From contig WRPG01000003.1 in NCBI GenBank assembly GCA_009773355.1, positions 105,628 to 169,627 of the forward strand: 64,000 bases of DNA. Reading direction: 5' to 3'. Both the position numbers and the translations under genes were made by a program. Of this stretch, positions 54,888 through 64,000 are shown one piece after another. This stretch comes from Limisphaerales bacterium (GTDB lineage Bacteria; Verrucomicrobiota; Verrucomicrobiia; Limisphaerales; SXTU01). Position 1 is the first letter of the stretch. Every line of letters starts with the position of its first letter. A model generated the notes under the pieces. The model was not told where the DNA came from and did not search any database. It saw only the letters and a program-made list of their open reading frames with translations.

Positions 54888-55609
54888 GTGCAACCAGAAG
54901 AAACGCAGTCCTCTTGGCAGATCGAAGCGCTCGCGTGGTTTGAAACCCACAAGCTGCAGCTCGTCTATGCCGGCGCCGCCGCGCTCGCGGTCTGGCTCGC
55001 GGCCTTCACCTACAAGCACGTCCGGGCCGGCAGGGAGGCGGAGGCCAACGCCGCCCTGGCCGCGTTGAGCAAACCCGCCGACAAGGCCGGCAAGGCCGCG
55101 CCCGTCGCCGCCGCCGAGTATCTCAAGGTCGCCGAGCAGCACGCCGGGACGCCGGCGGGCGAACGCGCGCTGCTCTTCGCCGCCGACCGTTCACCGAGGG
55201 CAAGTTTCCCGAGGCGAAAGCGCGCTTCGAGAAGCATCTCGCGGCGAACGCCACCGGCCCCGCCGCCGCCGTCGCCCTGATGGGCGTCGCCGCGTGCCAG
55301 GAGGCCGCCGGCGAGACGGACAAGGCCGTCGCCACCTATCAGCAGGTGCTGGCCCAGCACAGCACCTCGCCGGAGGCGCACCAGGCCAGGCTCGCGCTCG
55401 GCCTGCTCCACGAGCAGAAGAGCCAGGGCGAGCAGGCGCTGCGTCTCTACGACGAAGTCCTGCGCGCCAAGCCGGTCTCCGTCTGGCGCATGGAGGCGGA
55501 GATGCGGCGCGAACAGCTCCTGCGCAAGGATCCCAAGCTCGCGCCCGGCACCACGGCCGCCGCCACCACTCTCGTCGCCCCCGCCACCAACGCGCCCGCC
55601 AAGAAGTAG
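54888..55609 (+). pseudogene. TPR / YfgM-like membrane protein gene interrupted by a single-base frameshift near 55185-55192 (or assembly error)
   Basis: ORF 54888..55280 reads sensibly up to ...GERALLFAAD. The continuation FTEGKFPEAKARFEKHLAANATGPAAAVALMGVAACQEAAGETDKAV... is in the frame of ORF 55280..55609, which is open from well upstream of 55190. Confidence 0.55.
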
Positions 55610-55651
55610 GTCGCGCGCGGCGGGTGGGCGCAGCCCACAAGTTCTTCCGCC

Positions 55652-56950
55652 ATGAAACTCACCATCATCGGCACCGGTTACGTCGGCCTTGTCACCGGAG
55701 CCTGTTTCGCCGAGGTCGGCCACACCGTCATCTGCGTGGACAACGACCTGAAGAAGGTCGAGATGCTCCGCGCCGGCGGCATCCCCATCTACGAGCCGGG
55801 CCTCGAGGACATGGTGAAGCGCAACGTCGCCGCCGGGCGGCTGCACTTCACCGGCAGCACCGCCGAAGGGGTCGAGAAGTCCGACGTGGTTTTCATCGCC
55901 GTGCCCACGCCGCCGCAGCCCGATGGCTCGGTGGACTTGTCCTACATCGAGCGCGTCGCCCGCGACATCGCCGGCGCGATGACCAGCTACAAGATCGTCG
56001 TGGACAAGAGCACGGTGCCGGTGAAGACCGGCGAGAAGGTCGCCGAAACCATCAAGCGCTACTGCAAGGCCAAGGTGGACTTCGACGTGGTGAGCAACCC
56101 CGAGTTCCTGCGCGAGGGCTTCGCGGTCGAGGACTTGATGAAGCCGGACCGCATCGTCGTGGGCGTCGGCTCGCAGCGGCCCGCCGCCGCGATGCGCGAG
56201 CTGTATGCGCCGTTCAACGCGCCGATCATCGTGACGGACATCAACTCCGCCGAGCTGATCAAGCACGCGGCGAACTCCTTCCTCGCGCTCAAGATTTCCT
56301 ACATCAACGCCATCGCGACCATCTGCGAGGCGAGCGGCGCGAACGTGGAGGAGGTCGCCAACGGCATGGGCATGGACGCGCGCATCGGGCGGCGCTTCCT
56401 CAACGCGGGCCTGGGCTTCGGCGGCTCGTGCTTCCCGAAGGACCTGAGCGCGTTCATCAAGATTGCCGACCAGCTCGGCTACGACTTCCAGCTCCTCAAG
56501 GAAGTCCAGCACATCAACGCCGACCAGATGGAGCGTTTCCTTAAGAAGCTCACCGACACGCTCTGGGTGTTGAAGGACAAGCAAATCGGCGTGCTCGGCC
56601 TGGCCTTCAAGCAGAACACCGACGACGTCCGCATGTCGCCGGCCATTGACCTCTGCCAGCGGCTCTTGAAGGAAGGCGCGTCCCTGCGCGTGTTCGATCC
56701 GAAGGCGATGGACAAGGCGAAAGGTGTCCTGCCGCCCGGTCCCACGATCACCTACGTCGCCGACATGAACGAGGTCGCCACCGGCTGCGACGCGCTCGTG
56801 GTCGCGACGGAGTGGCCAGAGTTCAAGCAGCTCGATCTCGACCGCGCGCGCCACGCGATGTCGCATCCGATTCTCTTCGACGGCCGGAATCTCTTCGACC
56901 CGGCGGAGATGGAGCGGCGCGGGTGGGTCTACAAGAGCGTCGGCAGGTGA
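55652..56950 (+). CDS. ugd: UDP-glucose 6-dehydrogenase
   Basis: MKLTIIGTGYVGLVTGACFAEVGH.V.CVD and the catalytic GFGGSCFPKD motif. 432 aa. Confidence 0.93.
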   Translation: MKLTIIGTGYVGLVTGACFAEVGHTVICVDNDLKKVEMLRAGGIPIYEPGLEDMVKRNVAAGRLHFTGSTAEGVEKSDVVFIAVPTPPQPDGSVDLSYIERVARDIAGAMTSYKIVVDKSTVPVKTGEKVAETIKRYCKAKVDFDVVSNPEFLREGFAVEDLMKPDRIVVGVGSQRPAAAMRELYAPFNAPIIVTDINSAELIKHAANSFLALKISYINAIATICEASGANVEEVANGMGMDARIGRRFLNAGLGFGGSCFPKDLSAFIKIADQLGYDFQLLKEVQHINADQMERFLKKLTDTLWVLKDKQIGVLGLAFKQNTDDVRMSPAIDLCQRLLKEGASLRVFDPKAMDKAKGVLPPGPTITYVADMNEVATGCDALVVATEWPEFKQLDLDRARHAMSHPILFDGRNLFDPAEMERRGWVYKSVGR

Positions 56951-57051
56951 GTTTTGAGTTTCGTGTTTGGCGTTTCGAGTTGTGAGCACAGCCCCTGAAA
57001 GCTCCGAACCACCGTCAACCAAAAACCCGGAACTCCAAACTCGAAACTGCC
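56951..57051. repeat. 7-nt-periodic imperfect palindrome (GTTTTGA GTTTCGT GTTTGGC GTTTCGA ... TCCAAAC TCGAAAC)
   Basis: Read directly. The left arm is 56951-56986 and the right arm 57021-57051. Both are built from GTTnnnn heptamers in opposite orientation. Confidence 0.65.
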
Positions 57052-57455
57052 TTGAGGTCAGCGCTGGCCTCGTCTTCCGCGCCGGGCAACTGCTCATCAC
57101 CCAGCGCCCCGTCGGCGGGCATCTCGCGGACTTGTGGGAATTTCCCGGCGGCAAGCGCGAGCCGGGCGAGAGCTTCGAGGAATGTCTCCGGCGGGAACTT
57201 CAGGAGGAACTCGGCGTGGACGTGCGCGTCCACGAGGAGCTCGAGCGCATCACGCACGAATACCCGGAGAAGTCCGTTCACCTGCGTTTCTTCCGCTGCA
57301 CGCTGACCGGCGCGGACGCCGAGCCGCGCGCCCTCGGTTGCCAGGCGGTGGCTTGGGTGACGCGGGAGGCGCTGGTGAACTACGAATTCCCCGCCGCCGA
57401 CGCGCGATTGCTGGAAATGCTCAAGGGCACCGGCTCGCTGTGGCAGCCGGCCTGA
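56967..57455 (+). CDS. NUDIX hydrolase, MutT (8-oxo-dGTP diphosphatase) family; start uncertain (TTG 56967 / GTG 56982)
   Basis: Nudix box GGKREPGESFEECLRRELQEELGV. The N-terminal about 25 codons overlap the repeat. Confidence 0.82.
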   Translation: MAFRVVSTAPESSEPPSTKNPELQTRNCLEVSAGLVFRAGQLLITQRPVGGHLADLWEFPGGKREPGESFEECLRRELQEELGVDVRVHEELERITHEYPEKSVHLRFFRCTLTGADAEPRALGCQAVAWVTREALVNYEFPAADARLLEMLKGTGSLWQPA

Positions 57456-57457
57456 CG

Positions 57458-58651
57458 CTACGCATCCAGCCGCAGGTAAGCACGGCTTGCCTCCGGCGCT
57501 TCCACCGTCGCGATGGTGAGGGACTGCGCCTGCGCGGCGGGCAGCTCGGCGAGCATGCCGAGCCGGTGGGGCGTGATGATTTCCCCGGCGGACAGCAGAA
57601 CGTGCTCGGCCTCCCCCGACGCGCGCGCGGCGTCCACGACGAGGTCGCCGACCTGCAACTGCGGGAGCGACTTGTGCTTCACCACGGCGGGCGTGGCAAA
57701 CTTCGCGGCGTGGATGGTGAGGTCGGCCAGCTTGAGCGCGAATCGCTGGGCCGGGGCCGCCGCCGGTTTCGGCAGCGCGTCGCTGCGCGCGGCGACGGGC
57801 GGCAGCACGGGCACCAGGCCCAGCGCCTGTTTCGCGCGCGCCAGGCTCCGCGCCCCGAGCAACAGGTGGACGGCCTCCGCGAGCACGCCCAGCAGCTCGT
57901 GCTCGGAGTTGGCCGGGCGCCTCAGCACCGTGCGGCAGAGCGCGTGCGCGCCACCGCGCGTGATGTCCAGCCGCAGGTCCACCCATTCCGCGTCGCGCTT
58001 CACATAGGCGGGCAGCACGACGGAGAAGTCCGCCGGGCCGGCGGGTTCGGGATTGGAGTCGAGCTGCGCCTGACCGAGGCCGATTTCGCGGATAGCTTCG
58101 CAAAGCAGCGCGCCCAAGTCTGGCGCGGGGGCCGGGGGGGCGACGGCCGCCGGTGCGGACGCCACAGTGACGGTTGAGGCGGGTTGCGCCGCGACTTGGT
58201 GGCCGGCCATTTCGCCGAGCATGGTGTGGCGGCGGATGAGCGCGTCGTATTCGGCGATGGTCTTGCGGAGCTGCTCCTCGTATTTGAGCGAGCGCAGCGC
58301 CACGCGCAGCCGGGCCTGCAGCTCGGTGAGGTCGCACGGCTTGACGATGTAGTCGTCCGCGCCGGCATCGAGCCCCTTGACGATGTCCAGCTTGGTGTTG
58401 CGCGAGCTGAGGAGGATGACGTAGGTGCGGACGGGCTGCTTGATGGCGCGCAGCCGGGCGCAAACCTCGGGGCCGGTCATGCGGGGCATCATCCAGTCGC
58501 AGATGGCCAGCGGCGGGGCGGCGGGCGTCTGGAGGATTTCCCAGGCTTCCGCACCGTTCTGCACCACGAGCGACTCGTAGCCAAAGCGCGCGAGGAAGCT
58601 CGCAATGATCTTGCGGCTGATTTCGTCGTCGTCGGCCAGAAGTATTTTCAT
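57458..58651 (-). CDS. Response regulator (REC domain) with uncharacterized C-terminal output region, 397 aa from ATG 58651
   Basis: MKILLADDDEISRKII...DWMMPRMTG...KP is a canonical receiver domain. The C-terminal 270 aa are unassigned. Confidence 0.85.
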   Translation of the reverse strand: MKILLADDDEISRKIIASFLARFGYESLVVQNGAEAWEILQTPAAPPLAICDWMMPRMTGPEVCARLRAIKQPVRTYVILLSSRNTKLDIVKGLDAGADDYIVKPCDLTELQARLRVALRSLKYEEQLRKTIAEYDALIRRHTMLGEMAGHQVAAQPASTVTVASAPAAVAPPAPAPDLGALLCEAIREIGLGQAQLDSNPEPAGPADFSVVLPAYVKRDAEWVDLRLDITRGGAHALCRTVLRRPANSEHELLGVLAEAVHLLLGARSLARAKQALGLVPVLPPVAARSDALPKPAAAPAQRFALKLADLTIHAAKFATPAVVKHKSLPQLQVGDLVVDAARASGEAEHVLLSAGEIITPHRLGMLAELPAAQAQSLTIATVEAPEASRAYLRLDA

Positions 58652-58738
58652 GGATTCGCTGGCGCAGCGTAGCCTCAGACCCTCGCCAAGTTCAAAGCCC
58701 AAAGCGCGAATTTCGGCCGGCACGCTCCCGCGTTCCCG

Positions 58739-59689
58739 TCAGCCGCGTTTCCCGGCGTCCCAGTCGCGGCCCCACGCCACGGCGCGCGGGATGCCCAGCT
58801 CCAGCGGCAACTGCGGCGCGTAGCCAAGCAACGCCTTCGCCTTGGAAATGTCGGCCACGTAGCGCGTGACTTCGCCAAGCTGCGAGGGAGCCAGATTGAT
58901 TTGCGGCGTCCTGCCCAGCGCGTGGCCGGCCAACTCGGCCATGCGGACGAGCGTGTGGCCCTGGCCGCAGGCGAGGTTGATCGTCTCGTTCTTCACCCGG
59001 CCCGCCGCCAGCGCCGCCACGCCGCGCGCGATGCCGTCCACGCAGTCGTCCACATGGGTGAAGTCCAGCACCTTGTCCGCGCCGAAGACGGTGATGGGCT
59101 GGCCCGCCGCGATGCGCCGGATGAAGAGCGGGATGACGCGCTCCATGCGCTCAATGTCGTTGTCGAAGCGGCCATAGACATTGCTGAAGCGGAAGACAAG
59201 GTAGGGCAGCCCGTAGCAGCGCGCGTAGGAGTAGATGAGCGCCTCGCCGGCAATCTTGCTCGCCGAGTAGGTGCTCTCCGTGTAGGCAAAGTCCGCGCTC
59301 GCCTCCGCCGTCTCGAACCGGTGGATGTCCCCATACACCTCGCGGCTGCTGGAGAAGACGATGGGCGTGCGCGACAGCCGGCAGTATTCCAGCACGTTGA
59401 ACGTGACGGTGATGTTCTCCAACGCGCGATGCGGCTCCTTCACGAGCTGGTGGACCTTGGCGTTCGCCGCGAGATGAACGACCACGTCCGCCTTGGGATA
59501 CTCGGCGTCGCCGATGCCGGCGGCAGAAGCGGGCAACTGGCCGCTGAGGTCTTGCAGCAGCGTGGGGAAGCGGTCGGTCCAGGGGTTCGCGCGCTTGTCC
59601 ACGCCGAAGACCTCGTGCCCGTCCGCGAGCAGGCGCAGCGCGAGGTTCGTGCCGATCTGTCCGCTGGAGCCGAAGAGGAGGATGCGCAT
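58739..59689 (-). CDS. NAD-dependent epimerase/dehydratase (extended SDR), 316 aa from ATG 59689
   Basis: MRILLFGSSGQIGTNL is a Rossmann GxxGxxG motif, plus a YxxxK catalytic pair (YSASK). Confidence 0.87.
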   Translation of the reverse strand: MRILLFGSSGQIGTNLALRLLADGHEVFGVDKRANPWTDRFPTLLQDLSGQLPASAAGIGDAEYPKADVVVHLAANAKVHQLVKEPHRALENITVTFNVLEYCRLSRTPIVFSSSREVYGDIHRFETAEASADFAYTESTYSASKIAGEALIYSYARCYGLPYLVFRFSNVYGRFDNDIERMERVIPLFIRRIAAGQPITVFGADKVLDFTHVDDCVDGIARGVAALAAGRVKNETINLACGQGHTLVRMAELAGHALGRTPQINLAPSQLGEVTRYVADISKAKALLGYAPQLPLELGIPRAVAWGRDWDAGKRG

Positions 59690-59784
59690 GGTGAACGGGG
59701 CCGGATTCAACCACGAACCGACGCAAATGGACACGAATTTGTCAGCCGGAGCGCGCCGTGAAGGCCGCGCCCCACGCGCTTCCT

Positions 59785-60771
59785 TCACACCGGCACCGGG
59801 ACCGACTCGATGATGTGGTCAATCACCCCGCGCGCCGTGACCGTGACGGCTCGCGTGCCGCGCCGCGTAATAAGCCGGTGCGGGAGGACGAGCCGCGCGG
59901 CCTGCTTGATGTCGTCGGGCAGGACGTAGTCGCGGCCCGCCAGCAGCGCGAGCGACTGGCTGAAGCGCTGCACGTCGAGGCTGCCGCGCGGGCTGGCCCC
60001 GTATTCCAGCGAGTCCGCCGCGCGCGTGGCGTGGACGATGTCCACGAGGTAGCCGAGCAGCGACTGCTCGATGGCGACGTTGCGCACGGCGGCGTGGACC
60101 TGCGCGAGCGTGTCCGGCGTCATCACCGGCTCCAGCTTGGTGAGCGGGTCGTCGTGCTGCTGCATTTGCAGGAGCTTCATCTCCGTCGCGCGGTCGAGGT
60201 AGCCGATGCTGAGACGCACCATGAAGCGGTCCATCTGCGCGAACGGCAGTGGATATGTCCCCTCCAGCTCGACCGGGTTCTGCGTGGCCAGCACGAAGAA
60301 CGGCCATTCCAGCGCGTGCCGCTGGCCGTCCACCGTCACGCTGAGTTCCTCCATCGCCTCCAACAGCGCCGACTGCGTGCGCGGCGTGGCGCGGTTGATT
60401 TCGTCAGCGAGCAGGACGTTCGTGAAGACCGGCCCGCGCCGGAACGTGAACTCATGCCGCTCCGGCGCGAAGATGGTCACACCGGTGATGTCCGACGGCA
60501 GCAAATCGGCGGTGAACTGCACGCGCTTGAAGTCCGCCGCGAGCGAGCGGGCGAGGGCCTTGGCCAGCAGCGTCTTGCCCAGCCCCGGCACGTCCTCGAT
60601 GAGCACATGGCCGCCGGACACGAGTGCGAGCACGGCGTGCGACACGACCTGCTCCTTGCCGATGAACACGCGCGAGACGTTCTCCACCAGCCGCCGCACA
60701 TGATGCGACGCGGGGAACTCCGCCGCAGGCGGCGGCGCGGGTGCGGGCATGGGGCGGTCTTTGAGCAACAT
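59785..60771 (-). CDS. MoxR-family AAA+ ATPase
   Basis: Walker A in HVLIEDVPGLGKTLLAKALA, Walker B LLADEINRA, and the MoxR pattern QFTADLLPSDITG. Confidence 0.9.
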   Translation of the reverse strand: MLLKDRPMPAPAPPPAAEFPASHHVRRLVENVSRVFIGKEQVVSHAVLALVSGGHVLIEDVPGLGKTLLAKALARSLAADFKRVQFTADLLPSDITGVTIFAPERHEFTFRRGPVFTNVLLADEINRATPRTQSALLEAMEELSVTVDGQRHALEWPFFVLATQNPVELEGTYPLPFAQMDRFMVRLSIGYLDRATEMKLLQMQQHDDPLTKLEPVMTPDTLAQVHAAVRNVAIEQSLLGYLVDIVHATRAADSLEYGASPRGSLDVQRFSQSLALLAGRDYVLPDDIKQAARLVLPHRLITRRGTRAVTVTARGVIDHIIESVPVPV

Positions 60772-61038
60772 GGCTGTGAAGTTGAACGCGGCTGCGGGCG
60801 AAGTGTTTCGGTGCGGTGCGCGAATTGCAATGCCGGCCTGAAAGGGCGCGGGGTATCAAACCGCGCTCCGGTGGTAGCCACCCTGCCCGCCAACTCCGGG
60901 CTTCGCTCCCGTCGCCGCGTCTGCCAAAGTGCGCGCGTGGGCATTTCGCCGAAGCAGTTTGAGCAGTTGCAGAGCCGCCTGAGCGGAGCCAGGCGGCGCA
61001 CGGCGGCGACGGCCCCGGCTCCCGCTCGCGCCCATCAG

Positions 61039-61533
61039 GTGATCCTCGGCGTGGACCCGTCACTGCGCGGGACGGGCTTCGGCGTGATTCGCGTCGCCAA
61101 GCCGCAGCCGGCCACGCTGGCTCAAGGGACGATCTCTTGTCCGGCAGGCTGGGAACGCTCGCGCTGCCTCGCGAAGATTCACGCGACCTTGCGCGAGGTG
61201 ATTCGTGAGCATCAGCCGACCGTGTGCATCGTGGAAGGGCTGTTCTTCGCGCAGAACTTGCAGACGGCAATCATCATGGGCGAGGCGCGCGGGGCGGCGC
61301 TCGTGGCGGCGGCGGAAGCAGGGCTGGAGATTTTCGAGGTGGCACCGCGCAAGGTGAAGCAGGCCATCGTCGGCTACGGCGCGGCGCAGAAGCTCGCGGT
61401 GGCGAAGATGGTGCAGCGCATGTTGCAGCTCGCGGAGCTGCCCGCCCCTGACGCCGCCGACGCGCTGGCGCTGGCGCTCACGCACGTCCAGAGCGCGAGC
61501 CGGTTTTCACTGGCCACGGCCAAGCGCGTCTGA
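61039..61533 (+). CDS. ruvC: Crossover junction endodeoxyribonuclease RuvC; start uncertain (GTG 61039 or GTG 60937)
   Basis: VILGVDPSLRGTGFGVI...VCIVEGLFFAQN..TAI.MGEARGA...K.AIVGYG.A.K.QV..MV...L......DAADALALALTH. The upstream part of track ORF 59758.. is antisense to MoxR. Confidence 0.88.
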   Translation: MILGVDPSLRGTGFGVIRVAKPQPATLAQGTISCPAGWERSRCLAKIHATLREVIREHQPTVCIVEGLFFAQNLQTAIIMGEARGAALVAAAEAGLEIFEVAPRKVKQAIVGYGAAQKLAVAKMVQRMLQLAELPAPDAADALALALTHVQSASRFSLATAKRV

Positions 61534-61545
61534 CACGGTGCGACC

Positions 61546-61896
61546 ATGGCAATGACGTGGATGTTCCTGCTCGTGGTGTTCGTCGCGCTGGGCATGTTTG
61601 CCGTGGTCATCGGCGTGATGGTCATGCTGTTCCGCGCGGCCTCGAAGACTTCGGCCCGTCCGCCCGGTGATAGCGAAAGCGGTGCCGCGCCGCCCATCGT
61701 CACCGATGACAGCCTGACCAACCCGGCCAACCCGCTTTACCACCTGCACCACCCAACAGATCCCGGCGCAAGCCCTCCATCGTTCGACTCCGGGCCGAGC
61801 AGCAGCCCGTCCTTCGACAGCGGGAGCAGTGCAAGTCCCTCGGTTGACTCTGGCGGCTCCTCGATGAGTTCCGACTCCGGCTCGAACTGCGGGTGA
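61546..61896 (+). CDS. Small single-pass membrane protein with Ser/Pro-rich SFDSG-repeat tail
   Basis: N-terminal TM helix (WMFLLVVFVALGMFAVVIGVMVML) and a low-complexity tail. Located between ruvC and ruvA. Confidence 0.5.
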   Translation: MAMTWMFLLVVFVALGMFAVVIGVMVMLFRAASKTSARPPGDSESGAAPPIVTDDSLTNPANPLYHLHHPTDPGASPPSFDSGPSSSPSFDSGSSASPSVDSGGSSMSSDSGSNCG

Positions 61897-62065
61897 CTCC
61901 GCATGGTTCGGAGCGCGGGACTCCGGCCCGCAGCAGCCACCTTCGCGGACGGAGTAACGGACGCCTGGACGTGTTCCGGCACAAGTTGCCGCTGCGGCCT
62001 GGAAGGCCGCGCGCCGTCCGAATCTGTGTGGCAAGCCCGGCATTCCTCCGCTACAACGGCGCGGC

Positions 62066-62668
62066 ATGATTTCGTTTCTGCACGGCAAGCTGGTGGACGC
62101 GCTGCCCACGCAAGTCACGGTGGACGTCCACGGTGTCGGCTATGAGGTGCTCATCCCGCTGTCGTCGTTCGACAAGCTGCCCGCGCCCGGCGGGGACGTG
62201 CGGCTGCTCACGCACCTCGCCGTGCGCGAGGACGCCCATGTGCTTTACGGCTTCGCGACGGCGGCGGAGCGCGAGTTGTTCCGCATGTTGATCAACACCG
62301 TCAGCGGCATCGGGCCGAAGATCGCCCTCAACGTCCTCAGCGGCATGAACCCGGTCGCGTTTCGCGGCGCGGTGGCGAATGGCGATGTGAAGGCGCTCTC
62401 CTCCATCTCCGGCGTGGGCCGCAAGACCGCCGAGCGCATCGTGGTCGAGCTGAAGGACAAGATCGGCGCGGCGGGCGCGTGGGAGGCGAGCAGCGCGGAG
62501 CGCGCGTTGTCCGCCGGCGACCAGCGGGTCCACGACGCCGTGCTCGCGCTGGTGGCGCTGGGCCACAAGCAGGTCGAGGCGCACGAGATCATCCGCGCCG
62601 CGCAGGCGATGCTGGGGGAGAAAGCGACGGTGGAGGAACTGGTGCGGGCGGGACTGAAAAAGGGTTAA
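62066..62668 (+). CDS. ruvA: Holliday junction branch migration complex subunit RuvA
   Basis: MISFLHGKLVDALPTQVTVDVHGVGYEVLIPLSSF... and the HhH motifs ISGIGPKIAL / ISGVGRKTAERI. Confidence 0.94.
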   Translation: MISFLHGKLVDALPTQVTVDVHGVGYEVLIPLSSFDKLPAPGGDVRLLTHLAVREDAHVLYGFATAAERELFRMLINTVSGIGPKIALNVLSGMNPVAFRGAVANGDVKALSSISGVGRKTAERIVVELKDKIGAAGAWEASSAERALSAGDQRVHDAVLALVALGHKQVEAHEIIRAAQAMLGEKATVEELVRAGLKKG

Positions 62669-62687
62669 GCCAATGGAATCGGACGAC

Positions 62688-62768
62688 GTGTTGCGTATTG
62701 CGTGTTGCGTGTCTTCCGCCGGCTTGCCGCGCCCGTTGCAAACACGCAGCACGCAACACGCAAGACAC
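62688..62768. repeat. 7-nt-periodic imperfect palindrome (GTGTTGC GTATTGC GTGTTGC GTGTCTT ... reverse-complement heptamers)
   Basis: Left arm 62688-62716 and right arm 62738-62768, read directly. A related TGCGTAA x3 run lies at about 63486-63506. Confidence 0.7.
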
Positions 62769-62770
62769 TT

Positions 62771-63469
62771 TTGAACCCGCCCGCCAAACCCAGCTCCTCC
62801 GGCGTCATCGTCCCCCAGCAGCCCAAGTGGCACGGGCGGCTGGCGGCGCGGCTGATCTGGCTGGTGGCGAGTTCGCTGGCCGCGACGCTGCGCTGGCGGT
62901 GGCGGGACGAAACCAACCTGTTCGAGAACGGCGGCAAGGAGCCGGTGATCTTCTGCCTGTGGCACAATCGGCTGGCGCTTTCACTCATCCTCTTCCAACG
63001 CTACGTGCAGGCGCGTCAGCCGCAGCGCAAGCTTGCCGCGCTGGTCAGCGCGAGCCGCGACGGTGGGATGCTGGCGCGGGTGCTGGAACTGTTCGACGTG
63101 GAGCCGGTGCGCGGGTCGTCGAGCCGGCGCGGCTCGCAGGCGTTGCGCGAACTCGTCTCGGCCGGCGGGCGGGGCCGCGACCTCGCCATCACGCCGGACG
63201 GGCCGCGCGGGCCGTGCTACGTGGTGCAGGAAGGCATCGTCTCGCTCGCGCAACTCACCGGCATGGCCATTGTCCCCGCGTCGTTTCGCCTGAGTTGGAA
63301 ATGGCGGCTCAAGAGCTGGGACCGCTTTCAAGTCCCGCTGCCCTTCGCGCGGTGCGAAGTCCAGCTCGGCCAGCCGGTGCGGGTTCCGCGTGAGGCGAGC
63401 GGCGAGGAGCGCGAGCGGCTGCGTGCGGAACTGGAGGCGCGGATGAAGGCGATCACGCGGGACGAGTGA
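62771..63469 (+). CDS. DUF374 (lysophospholipid acyltransferase-like) protein; start uncertain (TTG 62771; ORF open from 62702 inside repeat)
   Basis: VIFCLWHNRL...SASRDGGMLARVLELFDVEPVRGSSSRRGSQALRELV......LAITPDGPRGP matches the DUF374 pattern. Confidence 0.8.
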   Translation: MNPPAKPSSSGVIVPQQPKWHGRLAARLIWLVASSLAATLRWRWRDETNLFENGGKEPVIFCLWHNRLALSLILFQRYVQARQPQRKLAALVSASRDGGMLARVLELFDVEPVRGSSSRRGSQALRELVSAGGRGRDLAITPDGPRGPCYVVQEGIVSLAQLTGMAIVPASFRLSWKWRLKSWDRFQVPLPFARCEVQLGQPVRVPREASGEERERLRAELEARMKAITRDE

Positions 63470-63665
63470 GAGGGGGAGCGTAAAACGTAATGCGTAATGC
63501 GTAAGCAGATGCGCGTCCGCCTGCTGGCGTGCCCTTGTGTATGGCGCATCCCGCCCGCCTCTGCGCGCGGACGTTCTCCAGCCGGCAACGCCCAAGCCGA
63601 CTGGCCTGTAGCCCGCCAACTGAAACTTGGCGTTTCCCCCGCTGCGGCTATGCTTCGCGCCAGTC

Positions 63666-64000
63666 ATGGCCCCTGCCCCCAACCTCTACGCAGCCTGGCG
63701 CGCGCAGCGTCCGGGCGCAGAGCCGTTGCGCGAGGATGGCCCGCCGCCGGAGCGCTTGTTGCAGGCGGTGTGGCAGCATCAGCGATTGCTCCGCGATCAG
63801 CTCACGCTCGCGGACGGCCGGCGGGTGCGCGTGCTGCACCCCGGCTTCCACAACCGCGAACCCGGGCCGGACTTCCGCGACGCCATCGTGCAGTTCGGCG
63901 CGGAGACGCCACAGCGCGGCGATGTGGAAATTGACCTGGCTGCGGGCGGCTGGCACGCCCACCGGCATGATGTGAACCCAAGCTTCCGCGCGGTCGTGCT
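63666..64000 (+). CDS. DUF2851-like protein, N-terminal 111 codons (continues beyond window end)
   Basis: Hand translation from ATG 63666 gives MAPAPNLYAAWRAQ...LLQAVWQHQRLLRDQLTLADGRRVRVLHPGFHNREPGPDFRDAIVQFG...GDVEIDLAAGGWHAHRHD... with no stop to nt 64000. There is an in-frame TGA at 63621. It is not in the track because it is edge-truncated. Confidence 0.7.
   Translation, partial: MAPAPNLYAAWRAQRPGAEPLREDGPPPERLLQAVWQHQRLLRDQLTLADGRRVRVLHPGFHNREPGPDFRDAIVQFGAETPQRGDVEIDLAAGGWHAHRHDVNPSFRAVV

Noticed and set aside
59785-60771. MoxR ATPase as part of a BatA/vWA (Bat/MoxR-DUF58) operon
   Set aside because: No DUF58 or vWA genes follow it. The downstream gene is an SDR epimerase, so no such system can be claimed here.
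1-64000. tRNA, rRNA, tmRNA or other structured RNA genes
   Set aside because: Visual scan of all intergenic gaps found no T-loop (GTTCGAATC-like) or cloverleaf candidates and no rRNA-like segments. This was not a covariance-model search, so small ncRNAs cannot be excluded.

Overview
High-GC (about 62-70%) chromosome segment that looks like the PVC superphylum, probably Verrucomicrobiota. This placement is inferred from gene content only: many prepilin-type [24 protein letters not shown] proteins, a DUF1549/DUF1553 plus DUF1501 pair, PVC-type heme-binding/HEAT proteins, and low-complexity extensions on ribosomal proteins. The core of the window is a complete S10-spc-alpha ribosomal protein supercluster on the minus strand (rpsJ to rplQ, 8.3-23.4 kb). 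The remainder holds housekeeping genes (fabD, tyrS, nifS-like, ugd, ruvC, ruvA, mutT-like), an ECF sigma/anti-sigma-vWA pair, and a pectin/hexuronate utilisation locus (XylR-type regulator, GH28, uxaC, exuT-like, CE8 pectinesterase). The most interesting part is the left edge (nt 1-4400). It is a roughly 50-53% G+C island carrying a four-gene minus-strand operon. The first gene encodes a TIR-domain protein. The second encodes a small protein sharing the N-terminal module of the TIR protein. The third is translationally coupled to the second and has no recognisable family. The fourth is an ORF of more than 802 codons that is missing from the supplied ORF track because it runs off the window edge, and it carries an HExxH motif. 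I could not match this gene set to any known defence system, so I flag it as a candidate novel TIR-based conflict system. Upstream of the operon lies a strictly phased array of 15 copies of a 21-nt repeat. The intergenic space elsewhere is saturated with several families of palindromic REP-like elements, some with 7-nt periodicity, and one family occurs in frame inside coding sequence. No rRNA, tRNA, CRISPR array, transposase or integrase was found.
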